NCBI GenBank assembly: GCA_963848135.1
Contig: CAWKCK010000018.1
Coordinates: forward strand, 634,938-698,937
Reading direction: 5' to 3'
Origin: an uncultured delta proteobacterium
GTDB lineage: Bacteria > Desulfobacterota > Desulfobacteria > Desulfobacterales > SG8-13
DNA: 64,000 nt
The notes beneath the pieces are model-generated. The model was not told the DNA's origin and did no database searches. It saw only the letters and a list, made by a program, of their open reading frames with translations. Position numbers and translations under genes: made by a program. Below, piece by piece: positions 58,382 through 64,000 of the stretch. Positions within the stretch are counted from its first letter, which is position 1; each line of letters starts with the position of its first letter.

Positions 58382-58476
58382 ACATTTGAGCGATTCTATT
58401 TCGGAGTAATTCAACCTCCCCAATGAGTTCGCTTTAAATCCTAATCCGCTCGAAACCTTCTGATAATGACGCAGTA

Positions 58477-58662
58477 TTACTTCTTTGTTTGGTCATCGAT
58501 TTCAGCACCAGGCGTATTTTTTTGGATTGATTCTATTGCGCTTATGGCCGATTGCTTTTGTTTGTACCCCTGTCCGGAAAACATCACCTCTTTATTAGGT
58601 GCAACGAATCTGAATCGGTACTCCCCGCTTTTGTCGGTGTAAACTTCGAATTTATAGGGCAT
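58477..58662 (-). CDS. YegP/DUF1508 family protein
   Basis: FEVYTDKSGEYRFRF.A.N.E....GQGY...AI.SI.KN. Confidence 0.88.
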   Translation of the reverse strand: MPYKFEVYTDKSGEYRFRFVAPNKEVMFSGQGYKQKQSAISAIESIQKNTPGAEIDDQTKK

Positions 58663-58729
58663 TTTCTCTCCTTTCGCTCAACTGGTTATCAGTAATGAAC
58701 AAATACTCTGGCGCCATCACCATTGTAGA

Positions 58730-58886
58730 AGTGGTTTCAAAACCCCATCTAATTACCAATCCTCCGAAGGCAGACGAGCCACTGTGTTGTGGACCTCCTA
58801 AAAATACTCACATACGACCTTGTATGCTATTTTTTTCTTCGACCCACGCCTTGTTCTTGGGAGTGACCTGAGGTTTTTAAACCACT
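58730..58886. mobile_element. MITE-like element
   Basis: Ends agtggtttcaaaacc / ggtttttaaaccact; central catac-gacctt-gtatg hairpin. Confidence 0.65.
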
Positions 58887-58897
58887 ATGGTAATATT

Positions 58898-59332
58898 TCA
58901 ATCCAATGGGATGCGGATCTTCTGCCCCACAAAGATGAGATCCGGATCCTTGATGACCTCGCGGTTGGCCTCGAAAATGCGTGGGTACAATTTGAAGTCG
59001 CCATAGTACCGTTTCGCGATTGCAGATAGCGTATCACCCTTTTCAATAACGTAAAATTCTATCTTGATTTCTTCGGCGGGTCTTTTCAGGTTATCTACGT
59101 TAACTTCCGAAACCCCCCTGACATTGCCGGCAATAAGAACCGCTTTTTCCATTGCTTCCAGGCTGTCAGCATCACCAGAAAGTGAAACGACACCGTCTTC
59201 ATAGGTGACACCGACATTCTTGACTCCCGGATTGCTATCCTCCAGATGTTTTTTTATTTTCTCAGCTGCTTCATCATCCCGATTGAAAATTTTGTTTCCA
59301 ATCTCCTTCACAAAATCTAATAATCCCATCAT
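58898..59332 (-). CDS. BON + LysM protein (Kbp/YgaU-like)
   Basis: MGLLDFVKEIG, AGNVRGV, YVIEKGDTLSAIAKRYYG...IFEANR. Confidence 0.92.
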   Translation of the reverse strand: MMGLLDFVKEIGNKIFNRDDEAAEKIKKHLEDSNPGVKNVGVTYEDGVVSLSGDADSLEAMEKAVLIAGNVRGVSEVNVDNLKRPAEEIKIEFYVIEKGDTLSAIAKRYYGDFKLYPRIFEANREVIKDPDLIFVGQKIRIPLD

Positions 59333-59369
59333 GTACCTCCTCTGTTAATAAGATGCCAGGACGTTTAGC

Positions 59370-59533
59370 AGGCTGTTGAAAAACTATTGCGCTTGACAAT
59401 GCGGCGTTAATGGCTGAACCGGGGTGCCCTGCCCCCGCTTCAGCGAAAATGCTTATTTTTAACAAATAAAATCCGCTTTTTAAGTCGGATTTTGCCCTGT
59501 CTTGCCGGCGCTCGTGACGTTTTTCAACACCCT
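59370..59533. mobile_element. MITE-like element of about 165 bp (copy 2)
   Basis: Homologous to 3158-3321 along its length. Confidence 0.8.
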
Positions 59534-59534
59534 G

Positions 59535-60314
59535 TTAGTGGTTCAATCCCATTAATTTGTGAATATTCATCACCGCACCAGATTCGAGTCCAAGACCCTT
59601 GGCCAGGTCCTGCATGTATTGTTTTTCAGCTGGTGTGTCTACCCGAATTGCCAAAAGCGAGGCCGCATACACTTGGGCCCCGAGTTCAGGACTATTCACT
59701 TCTCTAATGATCGCAGCGAGATCACCCGGCTTTCCCATTTCCCGGAGGACGAAACTCCGCGCCTCATCACCGGCGCCAGTCTCTTCCAGTTTTCCCGTTA
59801 TCCGCTCGATCTCCATTTGATCAATCTGCCCATCGGCCTTGGCAGCATTTATCATGGCCAGGAGAATCAACTGGGCATTATTTTGAAGCTCTTGTTGTTC
59901 TTTTTCATTTTCGGGCTCTCGCAATCCCAATGGCAACGATCCCGCTTCGGCAGTGTCTACCGGCCGGTTCATGTTTTTTATTGCCGAAAAAGCCAAACTG
60001 CCCAGCACTGCCATCAGTCCACCGCCCAATGCGCCTCGCCCGGCGCCTCTGCCACCGCCGAGCAACGCACCGGCCAAGGCACCGATACCTCCGGTAGCGA
60101 GTTTGTTGCCGCCGATCATCTTTTCGGCAATGCGTCCAATGTCGCCGAACCCACCACCGGAAGCACCCGATTGAAGCCCGCCCAAAAGGTCGGATAGCAT
60201 GCCACCGGCACCTCCCAGCCCGCGATCACCTATAGCATGCTTGATACGATCTTGCCCGGTACGACTTATGCCGGACTGCATGATCTGTCCCAGCAAATCT
60301 GTAAAATCAATCAT
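59535..60314 (-). CDS. DUF533/YebE (TerB-like) protein
   Basis: Gly-rich N-terminus; AMINAAKADGQID; QVYAASLLAI. Confidence 0.88.
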   Translation of the reverse strand: MIDFTDLLGQIMQSGISRTGQDRIKHAIGDRGLGGAGGMLSDLLGGLQSGASGGGFGDIGRIAEKMIGGNKLATGGIGALAGALLGGGRGAGRGALGGGLMAVLGSLAFSAIKNMNRPVDTAEAGSLPLGLREPENEKEQQELQNNAQLILLAMINAAKADGQIDQMEIERITGKLEETGAGDEARSFVLREMGKPGDLAAIIREVNSPELGAQVYAASLLAIRVDTPAEKQYMQDLAKGLGLESGAVMNIHKLMGLNH

Positions 60315-60719
60315 CGCTATCCTCCTCTTCTGTTATAATTTGGAATAATCGAAATTAAGCAAGGTAGTACTTTGAGAGGCTTCCGGTCCAAAGCAAGATT
60401 CGCAGGTGCAATTGATAAACAAGTGACTCTATAATTAGGCCAAACCCATACACAGTCAAGAATAATTTTTCGGGAGAGGAATCCCGGGTCATGGTTTCAT
60501 GTCACAGCCACGAATTCTATAGTAACGCGACACGCTCATGCGCCCACTATCCTGCATATATCATTGACCTCCGGGTACACCACTGTTATCTTGATGGTCA
60601 TGTCCATTTTCCGAAACCATGGCACCGGTTCCCCTGAATCACAACACGATTTAAAGAAGTAGACGTTTGGAAATCTACTGCAAGAAAACAATTATCTTCT
60701 AATAATCGAGGGCCTGATT

Positions 60720-61883
60720 TTGAGTCGACTCAGTCGCAAAACCTTCAGTTGGGCATTACTGGTGGTAAGCATAAGCGCCATCGCTGCCATCACCTGGTAC
60801 GTTACACGTCCGGATCCTGTGGAAGTCATTGTTCGACCGGCAGAGATTGGAAAGGTCGAAAGAATCGTATCCAACACACGGGCAGGTACAGTCGAAGCCT
60901 GCCGGCGTGCGAAACTCTCACCCAGCATCGGCGGGCAGATTGCCCGTTTACCCGTCAAGGAGGGCGACACCGTCGCCGCCGGCCAGCTTCTGCTGGAATT
61001 GTGGAACAAGGACCTGGTCGCTCAAATCGCTCTGGCTGAAAGCGAAACGGATGCCGCCGAATCCAGGTCGCAAGCCGCCTGTCTTCAAGCGCAAGTCGCT
61101 CGGAGAGAGGCCAATCGCCAGGTGAAACTGCGAAAAACAGGCGCCGCTTCAGAAGAGCAGGCCGACAGGACTGAAACCCGGGCCAAGGCTTTGCAGGCAG
61201 ACTGCAATGCAACAAAAACTTCGGTGGAGACCAAACGGGCCCAGGTCGGAGTGATCCGAGCAAACTTGGACCGAACGATCCTGACGGCGCCGTTCGATGG
61301 CATCATCGCCCAAATTAACGGTGAACTCAACGAGTACGTCACCCCGTCACCGATCGGCGTTGCGACACCACCGGCTGTAGACATTGTGGATACCTCCTGC
61401 TTCTATCTGACCGCACCCATCGACGAGGTGGATGCCGCCGCCATTGCGGTGGGGCTGCCGGCCAGGATCAGCCTCGATGCATTCGGAGACAAACACTTTT
61501 CAGGGCGTATCCGCCGTATCGCCCCCTATGTGCTCGACCGTGAAAAACAAGCCCGGACTGTGGATGTGGAAGTTGATTTTACGCAACCGGAAGATTTCAA
61601 ACGCCTTCTGGCCGGTTATAGCGCCGATGTGGAAATCATTCTGGATTCCCGGCCGAAGACGCTGAGGATACCGACCCATGCGATCCTGGACAGCGAACGG
61701 GTTTTCGTTTACCAGCCCGAACTCAAACGGATAAACGAACGTAAAATCCAGATTGGGATTTCTAACTGGGAATACACCGAAGTCATTAACGGACTGCGGC
61801 CGGGAGAACGCGTCGTGCTCAATGCCGATCACGCTGGTATTGAAGATGATGCGCCCGCCATCGAATTGAAGGAGACGCCTTGA
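60720..61883 (+). CDS. Efflux periplasmic adaptor (MacA-like)
   Basis: N-terminal TM; LTAPFDGII; adjacent to ABC genes. Confidence 0.9.
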   Translation: MSRLSRKTFSWALLVVSISAIAAITWYVTRPDPVEVIVRPAEIGKVERIVSNTRAGTVEACRRAKLSPSIGGQIARLPVKEGDTVAAGQLLLELWNKDLVAQIALAESETDAAESRSQAACLQAQVARREANRQVKLRKTGAASEEQADRTETRAKALQADCNATKTSVETKRAQVGVIRANLDRTILTAPFDGIIAQINGELNEYVTPSPIGVATPPAVDIVDTSCFYLTAPIDEVDAAAIAVGLPARISLDAFGDKHFSGRIRRIAPYVLDREKQARTVDVEVDFTQPEDFKRLLAGYSADVEIILDSRPKTLRIPTHAILDSERVFVYQPELKRINERKIQIGISNWEYTEVINGLRPGERVVLNADHAGIEDDAPAIELKETP

Positions 61884-62560
61884 TCGAGTTGTCGGGTATC
61901 GAGCGTAAATTCCAGGTCGGCAGTGAAACCGTGCACGCGCTTCAGAATCTCGATCTCACGGTGCCGCCCGGCGAATACCTGTCCGTTATGGGGCCGTCAG
62001 GTTCCGGCAAATCCACTTTACTGAATATTATCGGTTTACTGGATCGGCCCGATGACGGGGTTTATCTGCTGGATCGAGTGAACACGACCGAACTGAACGA
62101 TGCCCGGCAGGCCTCTGTCAGACGTCACAAGATTGGGTTCGTCTTCCAGTTTTTCCATTTGGTGCCGCGTCTGACGGCGGCTGAAAACGTCGAGTTGCCG
62201 TTGGTCCTGGCAGGAATCGATCCGGCTGAAAGGAAAAAACGCCTCGGCACGGCTCTTGAATCGCTGGGTATTGACGATCGGGCACGGCACCGGCCGGATC
62301 AATTGTCGGGGGGGCAGCGCCAGAGAGTCGCCATCGCGCGGGCCACTATTATGCAACCCAATATCATTCTTGCGGACGAGCCAACCGGAAACCTGGATCG
62401 CGCCTCCGGTACAGATGTTATCGACATCCTGGAGCAATTGAACAGCCAGGGTAAAATTTTGATCATGGTTACCCACGATCCGGCGATCGGCCAGAGGGCA
62501 AAGCGTCAGATCCACATGCTCGACGGCCGGATTGGATCGGATTCAGGAGCGTCGACTTGA
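61880..62560 (+). CDS. ABC transporter ATP-binding protein (MacB/LolD-like)
   Basis: GPSGSGKS, LSGGQRQR, ADEPTGNLD, VTHD. Confidence 0.95.
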   Translation: MIELSGIERKFQVGSETVHALQNLDLTVPPGEYLSVMGPSGSGKSTLLNIIGLLDRPDDGVYLLDRVNTTELNDARQASVRRHKIGFVFQFFHLVPRLTAAENVELPLVLAGIDPAERKKRLGTALESLGIDDRARHRPDQLSGGQRQRVAIARATIMQPNIILADEPTGNLDRASGTDVIDILEQLNSQGKILIMVTHDPAIGQRAKRQIHMLDGRIGSDSGAST

Positions 62561-63762
62561 AAGCCTTAGACACCTTCCAATTCAGTTTTCGGGCCGCCTC
62601 CGGGTATCCGGCACGCACCGCTCTCATTCTGCTTGCCATGGCCATCGGCGTGGGGGCGGTTATATTGCTGACGGCTCTGGGTGAAGGTGCCCGCCGCTAC
62701 GTGACCCGGGAATTTACTTCTCTCGGCACCCATCTGTTGATTGTCATCCCGGGACGGTCGGAAACGACCGGCGGGCCCCCGCCCCTGCTGGGCGAAACGC
62801 CACGGGATTTGACGCTCGAAGATGCTTTGGCGTTGAAGCGCAGTGCGAGCATTCGACGTGTCGCTCCAATTGCCCTGGGTAGTGCACCCGTTGTCTGGAA
62901 GCAGCTTAACCGGGAAGTGACCATCATGGGTTCCACAGAAGCGCTGTATGGCATTCGGCAACTGACGATGGCTCAGGGGCGCTTTCTGCCGCCTGACAAT
63001 CCATCCCGGGGTACGGCCGTTTGTGTGCTGGGGTACAAAATTAAAAATGAACTTTTCGGCAACGGCTCACCCCTGGGCGAATGGGTGCGCATCGGCGGCC
63101 GGCGATTCCGGGTTATAGGCGTGCTGGCGCCGAAAGGGCAGAGCCTGGGATTGGACATGGGCGATATTGCCATTATTCCTGTGGCTTCGGCCCAGGCGCT
63201 TTTCAACACCTCATCCCTGTTCCGGATCATGATTCAGGCTACCGGACGGGATTCTGTTCTGTTGGCAAAAAAAGCCATCCTTAAAACGATCCGGGACCGA
63301 CATGAAGGCGAGGATGACGTGACGGTCATTACTCAGGACGCCCTGTTGAAAACGTTTGACCGAATATTCACCGCCCTGACACTGACCGTCGGCGGAATAG
63401 CGGCCATCAGCCTGGCGGTGGCGGGAATTTTGATCATGAACGTCATGATGATTTCCGTGTCCCAGCGGAAAGCTGAAATCGGCCTTCTTAAGGCCATCGG
63501 CTCTCCCAGAGACCAGATCTTGCGACTGTTTCTCTCCGAATCTGCAATATTGTCGCTCATCGGCTCTCTATTGGGTGTGCTTCTGGCACTCTTCGGTACC
63601 TGGATCAGTTTACGACTCTATCCCAACTTCCCGGTCACGATACCGTGGTGGGCATTGAGCGCCGCTATCGGGGTAGGCCTGATCACCGGGCTTGTTTTTG
63701 GTGTGCTTCCGGCCCGAAAAGCCGCCGCGTTGGAACCGGTTGAGGCGCTGTCCAGGCGTTAA
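62557..63762 (+). CDS. ABC transporter permease (MacB/FtsX-like)
   Basis: GILIMNVMMISVSQRKAEIGLLKAIG; PARKAA.L.PVEAL. Confidence 0.93.
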   Translation: MKALDTFQFSFRAASGYPARTALILLAMAIGVGAVILLTALGEGARRYVTREFTSLGTHLLIVIPGRSETTGGPPPLLGETPRDLTLEDALALKRSASIRRVAPIALGSAPVVWKQLNREVTIMGSTEALYGIRQLTMAQGRFLPPDNPSRGTAVCVLGYKIKNELFGNGSPLGEWVRIGGRRFRVIGVLAPKGQSLGLDMGDIAIIPVASAQALFNTSSLFRIMIQATGRDSVLLAKKAILKTIRDRHEGEDDVTVITQDALLKTFDRIFTALTLTVGGIAAISLAVAGILIMNVMMISVSQRKAEIGLLKAIGSPRDQILRLFLSESAILSLIGSLLGVLLALFGTWISLRLYPNFPVTIPWWALSAAIGVGLITGLVFGVLPARKAAALEPVEALSRR

Positions 63763-63774
63763 ATAGTTGAGCCA

Positions 63775-63863
63775 TCGGGGAGTTTTCGTTAATCCTGGAG
63801 CGGAAAGGGTAATCAGCGACTTCAGCGCGCAAACGCATGCATAAGGCAGCGTAACGAAAGAAC
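63775..63863. mobile_element. Arm of a second copy of the 58052-58315 element; may extend past the window
   Basis: Close match to the reverse complement of 58228-58315, including tcagcgacttcagcgcgcaaac.catgcataaggca. Confidence 0.75.
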
Positions 63864-64000
63864 AGTGTTCCATTCTATACCGGAAACTGGCCAGTGCGAT
63901 TTATGAAACTGTAGGTGGGCACTAATTAGTCATCCGTCAATTGTAAGGGGTTATTCCGCTAGGATCTCATGCGGAGTAGAAAAGTACGCTATGAGCTTTC

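Overview
The window is a chromosomal segment whose gene content (Wood-Ljungdahl cluster, acsV, selenoproteins) points to a Desulfobacterales-like sulfate reducer; this taxonomy is inferred. In order it carries: (1) the 5' part of a large PEP/pyruvate-binding-domain protein that the ORF track misses, an HD-GYP protein and a rhodanese; (2) acsD-acsB-acsC-acsE with acsV and an acetyl-CoA-hydrolase/GNAT fusion; (3) a TRAP transporter, usp, rmuC and mutM; (4) a LexA-headed mutagenesis cassette (lexA-DUF72-imuB-like-dnaE2) with a palindromic element at every gene junction, one enclosing a frameshifted GxxExxY nuclease gene; (5) an APC-type permease, two adjacent UGA-readthrough selenoprotein genes (YHS and rhodanese, both cut short in the ORF track) and a frameshifted cyclase-TPR gene; (6) a methyltransferase, MFS, MerR regulator, secreted CxxCH/PKD protein, RND pump, metallophosphoesterase, aminotransferase, NosL, small stress proteins and a MacAB-type exporter. 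Intergenic DNA holds several families of short palindromic or MITE-like repeats. The strongest leads are the TGAGAGG-loop hairpin element with and without GxxExxY cargo, the exported selenoprotein pair, the DUF72-containing SOS cassette with a direct-repeat operator candidate, and the Glu-to-Gln CoA-transferase-GNAT fusion beside the acs genes. All calls come from reading motifs by eye; no searches were run.
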